DNA of 64,000 bases from Malacoraja senta (taxonomy: Eukaryota): NCBI GenBank assembly GCA_038087875.1, contig CM075995.1, positions 8,372,001 through 8,436,000 of the forward strand. Direction: 5' to 3'. Below the pieces are notes generated by a model. That model searched no databases. It was not told the DNA's origin and saw only the letters and a list, made by a program, of their open reading frames with translations. Made by a program: the position numbers and the translations under genes. This document shows, one piece after another, positions 1 to 13,992 of the stretch. How positions within the stretch are numbered: the first letter of the stretch is position 1; each line of letters opens with the position of its first letter.

Positions 1-504
1 ATTGAATAGGAATCTGAGAGGTAACTTTTTCACACAAAGGGTGGTGGGTGTATGGAACGAGCTGCCAGAGGAGGTAGTTGAGGCAGGGACTATCCCAACG
101 TTTAAGAAACATTTAGACAGGTACATGGATAGGATAGGTTTAAAGGGATATGGACCAAATGCAGGCAGGTGGGACTAGTGCAGATGGGACATGTTGGACG
201 GTGTGGGCAAGTTGGGCCGAAGGGCCTGTTTCCACACTGTATCACTCTATGACACTTAACTCAATTGACAAAAGTCCAATTAATGCAAATACCTTATGAA
301 ATTTTACAATTTAATCCCATTCCCTGCTAAACTTGTGGTAAATCTACGCGTCCAAGGTTAGTCAACCATTTTGGTGATAAGGTGCATAGAATTTTTGATC
401 GTGCTCTTGGCAGGGCTTTGTGTTCCACTCCTCCATTTGAAGCCTTTGATTAGTTTTCATATCAGCTCTTAATTCATGGGAGAAAAATTAGACCATCACG
501 TCTA

Positions 505-1290
505 CTCCACCATTCAATCATGGCTGATCTATCTTTCCCTCTCAACCTCTTTCTCCTGCCTTCTTCCCACAACCCCTGACACCCGTACTAATCAAGATCC
601 TATCAATCTCCTCTTTAAAAACTCTCATTGACGGCCTCCACAGCCTTCTGTGGCTAAATTCCACAGATTCACCACCATCTGATTAAAGAAATTCCTCCTC
701 ATCTCCTTTCTAAAGGTACGTCCTTTAATTTTGAGGCTGTGACCTCTGGTCCTAGACTCTCCCACTAGTGGAAACATCCTCTCCACATCCACTCTATCCA
801 GGCCTGTCACTATTCAGTATGTTTCAATGAGGTCCCCCCTCATTCTTCTAAACTCCAGCGAGTACAGGCCCAATGCCGTCAAACGCTCTTCATAGGTTAA
901 CCCACTCATTCCTGGGATCATTCTCGTAAACCTCCTCTGGACCCTCTCCAGAGCCAGCACATCCTTCCTCAGAAATGATGCCCAAAACTGCTCGCAATAT
1001 TCCAAATGCAGCCTGACCAGCGCCTTATAGAGCCTCAGCATTACATCCCTGTTTTTGTATTCTAGTCCCCTGGATGGACCTATTATCTATTGAAATTAAT
1101 GCTAATATTGCTTTGGCCTTCCTCGCAATCGATTCAACTTGCAGATTAACATTTTGGGAATCCTGCACCAGCACTCCCAAGTCCCTTTGCACCTCTGATT
1201 TCTGGATTCTCTCCCCGTTTAGAAAATAGTCCACGCCTTTATTCCTACTACCAAAATGCCTGACCGCACACTTTGCTACGCCGTAACTTG
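505..1290 (-). mobile_element. Degraded CR1 LINE 3' fragment
   Basis: ORFs 625-810, 814-1041 and 1025-1309 are CR1 ORF2 C-terminal peptides. Confidence 0.82.
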
Positions 1291-3557
1291 CTACACTGTG
1301 GATGTACAAGAACCGATGAACAAGCCTTTTCCAACACTTGAAAGCTAACCGGTTCGGATGTTGCGTCCTCCATCTGCGAATATTTATCTGTTCTTGAGCT
1401 CATCCTATCCAAGATCACATGATACTGACCATGCCAGTAGCTTCATTAACCACGTTCTTTTTGACTGAGAGATAAAGCAGGGGAGCTGGCCCTTCGGCCC
1501 ACGGAGTCCAAGCCGGCCCGTTCACGCTAATTCCATGTTATCCCACTTTCTCATCAACTCCTTGCACTCGAGGGACAATTTTGAGGCCAGTAAACTTACA
1601 ACCCCGCACGTCTTTGTGGGATGTGGGAGGAAACCGGAGCACCCGGAGGAAACCCACGCGGTCACGGGGAGAACGTGCAAACAGAACACTGTGGAGGCCA
1701 AGTCAATGGATATTTTTAAGGCACAGATTGGCAGATTCTTCATCAGTACGAGTGTCAGGGGCTTTTGGGGAGAAGGCAGGAGAATGGGGTTGAGAGGGAG
1801 AGATAGATCACCCATGATTGAATGGCGGAGTAGACTCCAGATAGATACAAAAAGCTGGAGTAACTCAATGGGTCAGGCAGCATCTCTGGAGAGAAGGAAT
1901 GGGTGACGGTTTGGGTCGAGACACTTCCCGTTTTGGGTCAAGACCCTTCTAAGTTGACATAGGACGTACTGTAAGTTGTCCAAAGGGACAGTTTCTTCCC
2001 AGCTGTTATCAGGCAACTGAACCGTCCTACAGAGCGGTCCTGAACTACTATCTACCTCATTGGTGACCCTTGGACTATCCTTGATCGGACTCTGCTGGCT
2101 TCACCTTGCACTAAACGTTATTCCCTTTATCCTGTATCTGTACACTGTGGACGGCTCGATTGTAATCATGTATTGTCTTTCCGCTGACAGGTTAGCACTC
2201 AACAAAAGCTTTTCACTGTACCTCGGTACACGTGACAATAAACTGGACTGAAAAAACATTTATATTCCCTTGTATTTAAATCGTCTTACAGACAAATCTT
2301 GTATTGATGATGTTAAATGCTGACATGTAATTATAAGGTCGTAAGTGTTAGGAGTAGAATTAGGCCATTCGGCCCATCTTGCCAAATGACATCCACAGTT
2401 CTTGCATCCTGTCCTTGATTTCCCTCAATCTGTCTGTTATGTCTACTCAAAATGAAAACCTTGTCATTCTTTCCCTCTATCCAAACTTCGACTGTATTTC
2501 AACAACCTATTCTTCTGCTCATGTCATGTGATAAGCGTAGAATTAGGCCATTCCGGCCCATCACGTCTACTCTGCCATTCAATCAGGCTGATCTATCTCT
2601 CCCTCCCAACCCCATTCTCCTGCCTTCTCCCCATAACCTCTGACACCCGTACTAATGAAAAATCTATCTCTCTCTGCCTTAAAAATCTGCACTGACGGCC
2701 TCCACAGCCGTTCTGTGGCAAAGAATTCCACAGATTCACCACCTCTATCTAAAGAAATGTCTCCTCGTCTCCTTCCTGAAAGAACGTCCTTTAATTCTGA
2801 GGCTGTGACCTCTGGTCCTAGACTCTCCCACTGGTGGAAACATCCTCTCCACATCCACTCTATCCAAGCCTTTCACTCTTCTGTAAGTTTCAATGAGGTC
2901 CCCCCTCATCCTTCTAAACTCCAGCGAGTACAGGCCCAGTGCCGACAAACGCTCATCATAGGTTAACCCACTCATTCCTGGGATCATTCTCGTAAACCTC
3001 CCCTGGACCCTCTCCAGAGCCAGCACATCCTTCCTCAGAAATTGGGCCAAAATTGCTCACATACTCCAAATGTGGCCTGACCAGCGCCTTGTAGAGGCTC
3101 TATCAGTTATTTGGTAGGGGTGCTTCTCAGCACTCTTCATGGGCACTGAATTGATGGTATCACATAAAAGTCAAAGTGACATTTATTCGTCACATAATAA
3201 TAATAATAATAATCATTTTATTTACTGGAGCCTTTCTAAAACCCAAGGACACCTTACAATGCCATAGAATCACAACAAAACAAAAAAACACATAATCGGA
3301 ATAAATTAAATAAATAAAAACACCACAGTACAGTACACAAATCAAGGACAGAATTCAATTTCAAAAGCACCAAAAGAAATAAGAAACACAATTTGAGGAG
3401 AGAGCAGCGGCGACCAATTCGCGCCAGCGTCCACTCTCCCCTCCGACCGCCATCTTGTACACGGACTGACAGGCACAGGCACAGGCACCCGAAGGTGCAG
3501 TGAAATGAATTTGTCAGCAGCGATACACTTTTAAAAAACCCACACAATACACAATAA

Positions 3558-4630
3558 GATAGAAACATAGAAACATAGAAAATAGGTGCAGGAGTAGGCC
3601 ATTCGGCCCTTCGAGCATGCACCGCCATTCAATATGATCATGGCTGATCATCCAACTCAGTATCCCATCCCTGCCTTCTCTCCATACCCCCTGGGGATGG
3701 GACTGGACTTTGCTGCCTTTCCCCCACAGTGGGAACCATTGTGGGGGATGTTTTTATGTTGTTGTTAAATTCTTGGATGTTATCTTTATTTGTGTGCTGC
3801 ATGGCAAGTCAAATTTCACTGCACCAATTGGTGTATGTGACAATAAATGTTTATCTATCTATCTATCTATCCCTTTAGCCTCAAGGGCCACATCTAACTC
3901 CCTCTTAAATATAGCCAATGAACTGGCCTCAACTAACTTCTGTGGTAGAGAATTCCACAGATTCACCACTCTCTGTGTAAAAAATGATTTCCTCATCTCG
4001 GTCCTAAAGTCTTCCCTCTTATCCTTAAACTGTGACCCCTAGTTCCGGACTTCCCCAACATTGGGAATAATCTTCCTGCATCTAGCCTGTCCAACCCCTT
4101 AAGAATTTTGTAAGTTTCTATAAGATCCCCCCTCAGTCTTCTGAATTCCAACGTGTACAAGCCGAGTCTATCCAGTCTTTCCTCATATGAAAGTCCTGAC
4201 ATCCCAGGAATCAGTCTGGTGAACCTTCTCTGTACTCCCTCTATGGCAAGAATGTCTTTCCTCAGATTAGGAGACCAAAACTGTACGCAATACTCCAGCT
4301 GTGGTCTCACCAAAGACCCTGTACAACTGCAGTAGAACCTCCCTGCTCTCATACTCAAATCCTTTTGCTATGAATGCTAACATACCATTCGCCTTCTTCA
4401 CTGCCTGCTGCATCTGCATGCCTACTTTTAATGACTGGTGTACCATGACAACCCAGGTCTCGTTGCATCTCCCCTTTTCCTAATCGGCCACCTTCTGATA
4501 ATAGTCTACTTTCCTGTTTTTGCCACCAAAGTGGATAACCTCACATTTATCCACATTATACTGCATCTGCCATGCCTTTGCCCACTCACCCAGCCTATCC
4601 AAGTCACCTTGCAGCCTCCTAGCATCCTCC
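3558..4630 (-). mobile_element. CR1/HER1 LINE 3' fragment, interrupted near 3690-3870
   Basis: ORF 3993-4358 with RPQLEYCVQFWSP; (TCTATGTT)n tail. Confidence 0.85.
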
Positions 4631-5276
4631 TTTAGATTTAAGATTTAACACAAACATCCACCACAGCATTCTCACCGTGGTGGAAGGCAACAAAGTCCTT
4701 CACAGCCAGTCCCCTCCTTTGTTCACCCCGTGGTCGGGGCCATGAACCCTCCGTAGTCGCCGCTACGGACGGCCCGACGTACAGGCCCTCTCGTCGGGAC
4801 GATCGAACCTCCGACGTCGGGACGGTCAAACACATAAGACACGATATTGATTGAGGGAAAACTGACGGATTGAGGGGAAAGCAAGAAACAAGGGTTGGAG
4901 GTGGACAAAAACGCTGGAGAAACTCAGCGGGTGAGGTAGCATCTATGGGGCGAAGGAAATAGGCGACGTTCGGGTCGAAACCCTTGAAGGAAATAGGCGA
5001 CGTTTCGGGTCGAAACCCTTGAAGGGTTTCGACCCGAAACGTCGCCTATTTCCTTCGCTCCGTAGATGCTGCCTCGCCCGCTGAGTTTCTCCAGCATTTT
5101 CGTCTACCTTCGATTTTTTCCAGCATCTGCAAGTTCCTTCTTAAGCAAGGGTTGGAATTAGCTGGGGGTTACTGAAACTGTGTCTAAAACTGGAAGCATT
5201 CTATTCCTGTGACGTCAGCAATTCAGCAGGATTGGACTGCTTAATGAAATGGATATTTTTTAAAACTTTATTGCAG

Positions 5277-5319
5277 GCACTTCAAACATCAATGTGACGA
5301 CCCCGATGCAAACTGGAAG
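5277..5319 (+). CDS. DNAJC13: DNAJC13 (RME-8) internal exon, (E)HFKHQCDDPDANWK
   Basis: ttgcag acceptor and gtaagg donor; peptide resembles recalled vertebrate EHFKNQQDNPEANWK; ends in phase 0, matching the next exon. Confidence 0.88.
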
Positions 5320-8300
5320 GTAAGGAGCGATTGTAGAAAGAGTTGAGAACTTGATGTGATGGATTACATCATGGATGCAGCGCCAGAGACCCGGGTTCGA
5401 TCCCGACTACGGGCGCTGTCTGCACGTTCTCCCCGTGACCTGCGTGGGTTTTTCTCCGGGTGCTCCAGTTTCCTCCCACACTCGCCGGTTTGCCGGTTAA
5501 TTGACTTTGGTAAATGTTGTAAATTGTCCCCAATAGACAACAGACAATAGGTGCAGGAGCAGGCCATTCGGCCCTTCGAGCCAGCACCGCCATTCAATGT
5601 GATCATGGCTGATCATCCCCAATCAGTACCCCGTTCCTGCCTTCTCCCCATATCCCCTGACTCCGCTATTTTTAAGAGACCGATCTAGGTCTCTCTTGAA
5701 AGCATCCAGAGAACCGGCCTCCACCGCCCTCTGAGGCAGAGAATTCCACAGACTCACCACTCTCTGTGAGAAAAAGTGTTTCCTCGTCTCCGTTCGAAAT
5801 GGTTTACTCCTTATTCTGAAACTGTGGCCCCTGGTTCTGGACTCCCCCCAACATCGGGAACATGTTTCCTGCCTCTAGCGTGTCCAAACCCTTAACAATC
5901 TTATATGTTTCAATGAGATACCCTCTCATCCTTCTAAACTCCAGAGTGTACAAGCCAGCTGCTCCATTCTCTCAGCATATGACAGTCCCGCCATCCCGGG
6001 AATTAACCTTGTAAACCTACGCTGCACTCCCTCAATAGCAAGACCTGCGTGGGTTTTCTCCGGGTGCTCCGGTTTCCTCCCACACGTGCAGGTTTGGCGG
6101 TTAATTGGCTTTGGTGAATGTTGTGAATTGTCCCTAATGTGTGTAGGATATGCTAGTGTGCGGCACCGATCGCTGGTGGGCGCGGACACGTTGGGCAGGA
6201 GGGCCTGTTTCCGCGCGGTATCTCTGAACTAAACTAAATAAATGATCCTGTCACTTCAATACCTGGTGTGAGCTGTCATCACAAATGGGACAGTGGTTGT
6301 GTTACTGAGCTCAGTTCATAAGTGATAGGAGCAGAATTTGGCCATCGGGGCCCGTCAAGTCTGCTACGCCATTCAATCATGGCTGATCTATCTCTCCCGT
6401 TCTCCCTGCCTTCTCCCCATAACCCCTGACCACCCAATAACACAGTATTATGTGCTGATACTCCAGGTACATGGGGGTCCAATCCCACCGTGATCCTGCA
6501 AGCTTCATCTTCAGCTTGTCGTCGAGTCCGCGGGACGAGGTAGTTATCTAGGCTGCCGGAGTAGCTAGTTGACGCAGGCAGGCACGGAAATCGCTATCAA
6601 AACATGCGGGGGACACAATATCTTGGCGGCCGCGCTCGCGCGCGCGCGCACACACCCGCACCTGTGGACGGTAACATCGGGAGCTGACCTGGTTGCTGAC
6701 AGACTCCGAACTCCAGCAACAGCAGCTTCGTGGGGCTTCAATCGGCCCGTTCGCGGGGCCTTTCATCGCCCGGCGGGGGCTTCAACATCGGGAGCCTCGA
6801 TCGCCTCGATGCAGCAGTTTGATTTTATGCCGTGCCGGGCGCTGAAAGGCCCCGCGAACGGGCCGATTCAGCCCTTAGAAAGCGGCTGATAAAGTCCAGA
6901 TTACAAAACACGGGGGGGGGGGATTGTACCCCACCTCTCAAAGGAGGGGGGCGTGTCCCCCCTGTCCCCCCACCCACCCCAGGATTTTCGCCCCCTGGAT
7001 GCAGGCACTATAACAACTTGTGAAAGACACTGGGCCATGTATCTGGATCAGAAAGGTTTAGTGGAATTTGGGCCAAATGCAGGAAAATAGGACTGGCTTA
7101 GAATGGACACCTTGGTTAGCGTTAACGTTGGGCCGAAGGGCCTGTTTCCATGCTGTGGGACTGTCATTACGATTAGATTATAGCTCGTTTTAACTGGCAG
7201 AAGTTTCAAAGGTTATTTATTGGTTCAAAGGTTATTTATTGGTCACATACACCATAGGTGTAGTGAAATGCTTCTTGCCAATGCAGCACATAAAAAAAAG
7301 AATACGGACATAACAATAATAGAGAGATTTAAACATAAAAAACATCCCCCCACAATGGTTCCCACTGTGAGGGAAGGCACAAAGTCCAGTCCCCATCTCA
7401 TGTCCACCCATAATCGGGCCTATTGAGGCCTCCACAGTCGCCTCCACGGAGGCCCGATGTTCTAGGCCGTTCTCGCCGGGTGATGGTGCTCTGGCGTCGG
7501 GAGAACCCTCTCAGCGGCTTGGGACACCTGGAACGACCGCTTCCTTACCGGAGACCGCGGCTTCCGAAGCCAACAAGGCCGCGCCGGATGGAGCTCCACC
7601 ACTGGCGATCTCGTTGAGAGATCCCAGGCTCCTGATGTAAAGTTCAGCGCCGCAGCTGGCCGCTCCACAGACCCGCAGCTCCGCGATGTTTTTATCGGCG
7701 GTCCCAGCATACCGGAGTCCCAGCGCGGCGACCCGGGCAAGGCATCGCCCGCTCCGCGATTGCGCCCCAGCGCTGTGCCGCCGCCGAAGTCGAGGTTCTG
7801 GCCGGTCCCCTCAGGAAACGCCGCTCCTGGCCCGCTGGTAGGCCGCGAGGACGGGTCGAAAGTGCAGCCCGGAGAAAAGCTGCCTCTCCGACCAGGTAGG
7901 GACCCTGAAAAGTAGTTTCCCCCTTCCCCCTCCCCACCCCCCACATAAAAAAGACTAGAACTCCAAAAACAAAACACTAAAACTCACTAAATCTTTTTAA
8001 AAAGAGTGAAAAACGAACAGCTGCAGGCTGGGCAGCCATACCACACAGGACGGCGCCCCCTAAACGGACTTAATTGGCACATGTACCAATTAAGGTACCA
8101 CTAGTGACATTTGAGTTACCATACAGCCATACTAAGTAAAAAAGCAAAAATACACACAGCATATAAAATATAAAGTTTAACATAAACATCCACCACAGTG
8201 GAATCCACATTCCTCACTGTGATGGAAATAAATAAAGTGCAGTCCTCTTCCTCCTTTGTTCATCCGTGGTGGTCGGGGATGTTGAATCCTCCGCAGTCAC

Positions 8301-9031
8301 CGCTGCTGACGGTTCGCTGTTCAAGCCCTCTCGTCGGGATGATGGAAACTCCGGCGTTGGGACGGATCGGAACACTCCCGAGCATGGAGCTCCCAAGTCG
8401 GCCTCTTCTTACCGGAGACCGCGGGCTTCACGGTGTTGAAGTCCACAGGCCACGCGGTCGGAGCTCCTACACTGGCGATCCTCGGCTCCGCGATGGTAAG
8501 TCCGCGCCGCACCCGCGGCTTGAAGCTCCGGGCCGGTCTCCAGGAAAGGCCGCACCACTCAAAGGGCGAAGGACGAAGGCCATTTATTGTCACATACACC
8601 AATTGGTGTAGTGTAATTTGAGTTGCCATTGCAGCACACCAATAGGCCGCAAGGGGGGGGGGGGAGAGATGCGACACGGAGAAAAATCACATCTCCGTCG
8701 AGGTAGGTGACAGGAAAAAGTTTTCCCCGATCCCCTCCCACACTCCCCACATAAAACACCAAGAGACATTAAAACAAACATTCAAGACATACTTAAAATA
8801 ATAAAAACAGAGAAGGGACAGGACAGACTGCTGGCGAGGCGGCCATTACGGGCGCCACCCGGTGGTGAATTTACACCGAATAGAGTGAGAGACAGCGTGG
8901 AAACAGGCCCTTCAGCCCAATTTGCCCAGACTGGCCCAACCATGTCCCATCTACACTCGTCCCACCAACCTGCGCTTGGTCCATGTCCCTCCAAACCTGT
9001 CCTATCCATCCATGTACCTGCCTAAGTGCTT

Positions 9032-9503
9032 TTTAAATTTTTTTTTAATTTTTATTAGAAGCAATTGTACAAGGATAAGACGACCGGCAGCATAACAATT
9101 ATACAATTATTGTGCAGCTTCATTTTTAACCTTATAACCTAAATTTAAAAAAAGAGAAAAAAAGGAAAACAAAGAAAGAAGAAGGAAAAGAATGAAAAAA
9201 GAAATAAATAGAAAAGAGCAGGATAAAGACCCCTAATCTACCAAAGCTACCAGTGCAGAAGAAAAGAAAAGAAATAAGAAAAGACAAAGATGGAGATACC
9301 ACCCCCCCCCCCTCCCCTCACCCATCCTGGCGTCGGATTTAAATTTAAATTTGTGTTTAACCATTCCGTTGTAAAAATTCAGTAAAGGGTGTCCATGTCT
9401 TAAAACATTGATCTGTTTTTTCCGCCAAGACAAGCCTAATGTTTTCCAAATGTAGTGTCTCGGACATATCTGTAATCCACATCTTCACTGTGGGGACTGT
9501 TGT
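9032..9503 (-). mobile_element. 5'-truncated L1/Tx1-type LINE 3' end
   Basis: [20 protein letters not shown]...W.PF resembles the L1 ORF2 C-terminus; AATAAA plus A-rich tail; 14-bp target-site duplication ctgcctaagtgctt at 9018-9031 and 9504-9517. Confidence 0.75.
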
Positions 9504-9590
9504 CTGCCTAAGTGCTTCTTCAAAGTTGTTAATGTTAATACGCTAGTGATGTTCTTGCTTGACGACTACTGCTTCCCCGTGCTCCTCCAG

Positions 9591-9764
9591 CTGCCCGAGG
9601 ACTTCACAGTTGTCCACGGAGAAGCCAGAGATGAGTTGTCCGTTGGAGGAGTCTTCCTGAGGATTTTTATTGCACAGCCAGGTTGGGTTCTTCGAAAGCC
9701 CAGGGAGTTCCTTGTTGCGTTGCTGGAGAGATTGACTGAGCTTCTGGAAGCGAGTAATCCTAAC
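9591..9764 (+). CDS. DNAJC13: DNAJC13 exon, [58 protein letters not shown]
   Basis: ctccag acceptor and gtaagt donor, 174 nt; [22 protein letters not shown] is characteristic of the RME-8 C-terminus. Confidence 0.96.
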
Positions 9765-9774
9765 GTAAGTCCAA

Positions 9775-9860
9775 TGGTGGGGGTTTGAGCGGGTCTGGTG
9801 GGGTTTTGAGCGGGTCTGGTGGGGTTTTGAGCGGGTCTGGTGGGGGTTTGAGCAGGTCTG
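9775..9860 (+). repeat. 21-bp minisatellite, 4 copies (ggtggggg/ttttgagcgggtct)
   Basis: Four tandem units starting 10 nt after a DNAJC13 donor. Confidence 0.85.
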
Positions 9861-10877
9861 AATCAATGAATGGATGGATGAATGCATACTTTATTGTCAC
9901 AGTGACATTCTTTGCTTGCCTACCCAAGGTATGCAAATAGTCACTACATAGAGGGCACAGGCAACGTCACAAAGTACCCCGGGCCAGTTCCTCCTTTGGG
10001 GTCCTGTACCACTTGGGCGACCTAATCCGCGAGTTCTGGCGAGTTTGCCCTCGACTCATACTCGCAGCATGGTCGACACGAGGTCTTTGTAACTCTCCTT
10101 CATGCCCGAGAGTGGTCTCCGCGTACGCGAGGCCTCAGTTAGGTCGCGGCAGTTTTTCAACATGTTAAAAAATGCCCGCGAGTAAAAAAAGGTCGCCTTG
10201 GAAAAAATCGGTGCTTTTTTTACTCGTAGGTTTAGTCCTAATAGGTCGGCATGTTAGTCGTAGGTAATCGAGGGTAGTCGAAGGTAGTCGTAGATAGTCT
10301 TCATCATAGTCGAAGGGAGATCGAAGGAGGTCGTCTTCACTCTCCACTATTCGGTGTCCAATTTTCCCGTAGTTAGTCGTAGCTAGTCGAAGCTGGTTTT
10401 CAACATAGTTGAAGGAGGTGGAAGGAGGTCTTCAACATAGTGGAAGGAGGTCTTCAACATAGTGGAAGGAGGTGGAAGGAGGTTTTCAACATGTCATTTT
10501 TTCAAACTCTTCTAAACTCGCCAACGTGGGACAGCCCCTTTTGTTCCCCCCCCCCCTTCCCCTCCTCCCTACAGTTCCCCATTGTTCCCCCCCCACCCCC
10601 CGCAACGCCGGGTCCTCCTTTGCTCCATCCCCCGGCAGCGGCGTCCCCACTACAACGTGCTCCGTCGGTCGCCGCCGACCTCTCCTTCATCGCTGCCGGG
10701 TCCTCTCCAGACGCCACCGTGGCGCCGACCCCGGCCCCTGCCGCGAGATTCATCCGGCTTCTCAGCCTTAAAGGGAGGCGTCTGCCGGGATTTGGGTGGT
10801 CGGTCGGGGTCGGGCGGGTGGACACAAAATGCTGGAGTAACTCAGCGGGTCAGGCAGCATCTCTGGAGAGAAGGAAC

Positions 10878-10913
10878 GGGTGACGTTTCGGGTCGAGGCC
10901 CTTCTTCAGACTG
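10878..10913 (-). ncRNA. Minimal hammerhead-like motif of a PLE terminal repeat
   Basis: Reverse strand reads CAGT CTGAAGA AGGGCCTCGACCC GAAACGTC ACC. Confidence 0.55.
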
Positions 10914-11164
10914 AGAGTCGGGGGAGAGGGTAACGAGAGATACAGACGGTGATGTGGAGAGATATAGAACAAATGAATGAAAGATATGCAAAGAAGTAAC
11001 GATGATCAAGGAAACAGGCCATTGTTAGCAGTGGGCTCGAAAACCAGTTACAGACAATGAGACTCAACAGACGGACTTTCAAGCTGGTACGAGGGTGGGG
11101 GAGGGAGGAGAGAGAGGGGATGCAAAGTTTACCGCTGGGTGGGCGGGCCGGGAGCGTTTTGATA

Positions 11165-11300
11165 GACACAGAGTGCTGGAGTAACTCAGCGGGTCAGGCA
11201 GCATCTGTGGAGAACATGGATAGGTGACGTTTCACAGAGTGCTGGAGTAACTCAGCGGGTCAGGCAGCATCTGTGGAGAACATGGATAGGTGACGTTTCG
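11165..11300 (-). repeat. Two-copy array of the 66-bp unit joined to a degenerate PLE terminal repeat
   Basis: Same unit, followed by gacgtttcgggtggagagcgttcttca. Confidence 0.88.
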
Positions 11301-11443
11301 GGTGGAGAGCGTTCTTCACACAGAGACTCGGGGGAAGGGAAGTCAATATTCATCCCGCTGGGTGGGTCAGGTGGGTTTTGTGTGGTAAATTGAAGGCAAC
11401 ATTTAAGCCGGGAATGATTGTAATGGGTTGTTTATCCACACAG

Positions 11444-11623
11444 GGTGAAACGTTAGAGCTGGTGACCACGGCCTCCGTCTGCCTGTTCCACTCACAGCCC
11501 CAGTTGGCAGACAAGTGCCACCCCCTGGGGCACCTTCCCAAAGTCATTACCGCTCTGAACCACCAGAATAACGCCATCCCCAAGTCTTCAATCCGCCTCA
11601 TTCACGCGCTCTCCGACAACGAG
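11444..11623 (+). CDS. DNAJC13: DNAJC13 exon, [23 protein letters not shown]...[34 protein letters not shown]
   Basis: cag acceptor and gtaaag donor, 180 nt; strong similarity; ADKCHPL versus expected ADQVPPL suggests compensating -1/+1 indels. Confidence 0.95.
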
Positions 11624-13852
11624 GTAAAGCCTTATTTGATTCCGGTGTCAAGTAGCCGTTTTTGTTTTCAGGTTCACGTTCAAGTTCAAGAGAGTTTATT
11701 GTCATGTGTCCCTGATAGGACAATGAAATCTTGCTTTGCTTCAGCACAACAGAACATAGTAGCATTGACTACAAAACAGATCAGTGTGTCCATATACCAT
11801 TATATAAATATATACACACATGGATAAATAAACTGATAGGTGCAAATAACAGATAATGGGCTATTAATGTTCAGAGTTTTGTCCGAGCCAAGTTTAATAG
11901 CCTGATGGCTGTGGGGAAGTAGCTATTCCTGAACCTGGACGTTACAGTCTTCAGGCTCCTGTACCTTCTACCTGAAGGTAGCCTGTTTGAGGCAGCAACT
12001 GCGATAGATCCCCTCGATGGAAGGGAGGTCAGAGCCGATGATGGACTACCACAGGTGGTAGGAGCAGAAATAGGCCACTCTATAGTCAAACTCTGTATCC
12101 ATTATCTGTCACTGTGGACGGCCCGATTGTAATCATATATCGTCTTTCCGTAGTCTTAACTGGTTAGAACGCAACAAAAGCTTTTCACTGTACTGGTAGG
12201 GTGGCAACGGTGGCGCAGCGGTAGAGTTGCTGCCTCACAGCGCCAGAGACCCAGGTTCAATCCCTGACTACGGGTGCTGTCTGTACGGAGTTTGATCCCT
12301 GGGACGGCGGGACTGTCATATGAGGAAATATTGAAAAGACTAGGTTTGTATTCACTGGAGTTTAGAAGGATGAGGGGGGGATCTTATAGAAACATATAAA
12401 ATTATAAAAGGACTGGACAAGCTAGATGCAGGGAAAAATGTTCCCAATGTTGGGCGAGTCCAGAACCAGGGGCCACAGTCTTAGAATAAAGGGGAGGCCA
12501 TTTAAGACTGAGGTGAGAAAAAACTTTTTCATCCAGAGAGTTGTGAATTTATGTAATTCCTGCCACAGAGGGCAGTGGAGGCCAAGTCACTGGATGGATT
12601 AAGAGAGAGTTAGATAGAGCTCTAGGGGCTAGTGGAGTCAAGGGATATGGGGAGAAGGCAGGCATGGGTTATTGATTGGGGACGATCAGCCATGATCACA
12701 ATGAATGGCGGTGCTGGCTCGAAGGGCCGAATGGCCTCCTGCACCTATTTTCTATGTTTCTACCTTCTCCCCGTGAGCGCATAGGTTTCCTCCTACGTCC
12801 CAAGGCGGGCAGGATTGTAGGTTGATTGGCTTCGGTAAAATCGCCCCACGACATGTCGCCTGTATGGTCGTGAGTAGTCACCCAAAGAGTCGTACCTTTT
12901 TCTGGTCGCCGCTGGATTATCAACATGTTGTAAATTTTCGGCCACCTGCTGCGACCATGATGGGTGCCGGCAGTCGCCAAAAAAAATCGCGTAAGTGGGA
13001 CAGGCCCTTTAATGGCATAATTCTGCTCCTATCGCATGAATGTCTGAACTTAAATCTATCATCAGCATTATCAGATTATGGTCGTACAATTAAATGTGTG
13101 TAAACAAAAATAAATGACAATTAACAACTGTTTTAGTAAAACTGTATAAATTTGTACATGATAGGAGAAGAATTACGCCATTCTCTCCCCATTTAGAAAA
13201 TAGTCTACGCCTTTATTCCTACTACCACAATGCACGACTCCACACTTTGCTACACTATATTCCCATCTGCCACTTCTCTGCCCACTCTCCAACCTGTCCA
13301 AGTCCTTCTGCAGAGTCCCTGCTTTCTCTACACTACCTGCCCTCCACCTATATTCGTATCATCCGCAAACTTGGCCACAAAGCCTTCAATCCCTCGTTCA
13401 AATCCGTGACTATAACGCTTGTATTCACGTATTGCCTTTCCGCTGAGTGGTTATAGCCCTGACCCACGGTATGAACGTAGCGGGTACGTCGGAGCTCGGG
13501 GACGTCTCTTAGCGGCTCGTAAACGCTAACGGCAGGTACTCGGGAAGACTCGCTAACGGCAGTAAGCACGTGATGACTCGTGAAGATTTTTCAACACGAT
13601 GAAAATGTCCACGAGAGCCCGAGTACCGACGAGCGGCCATTACCGTAAATCTCCGGGTTCGAATCAGGGCAAACTCGGGAGAACTCTTGGAATGAACTCA
13701 TTACCGTGGGACAGGGCTATTAGCAGGCAACGAGAGTTTTTCACTGTACCTCGGTACACGTGACAATAAACTGAGCTGTACTGTATATGCTGCCTGAGTG
13801 TTGACGTGGGTGAGGTTGTTTGTCAGTCTGACCAGACTGCCTTCTTGTTAAG

Positions 13853-13992
13853 TTGTGTGTGCGAGCCATGGCGGCCATGGAGACCATCGGCCCACTGATG
13901 AACGGATGAAGATTCGATCGGACATGATCGGCCTCGCCTCGGAGTCTCTCAACCGCATGTTTCAGAAGGAGCAGACCGACCTGGTGGCTCAG
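13853..13992 (+). CDS. DNAJC13: DNAJC13 exon, [47 protein letters not shown] (apparent -1 frameshift near 13905)
   Basis: ag acceptor and gtgggt donor; 140 nt where 141 are needed; both halves match DNAJC13 in different frames. Confidence 0.92.

Noticed and set aside
1..5276. Further upstream DNAJC13 exon
   Set aside because: No segment encoding the expected preceding peptide (THENPELIWND...) was found; it probably lies before the window.
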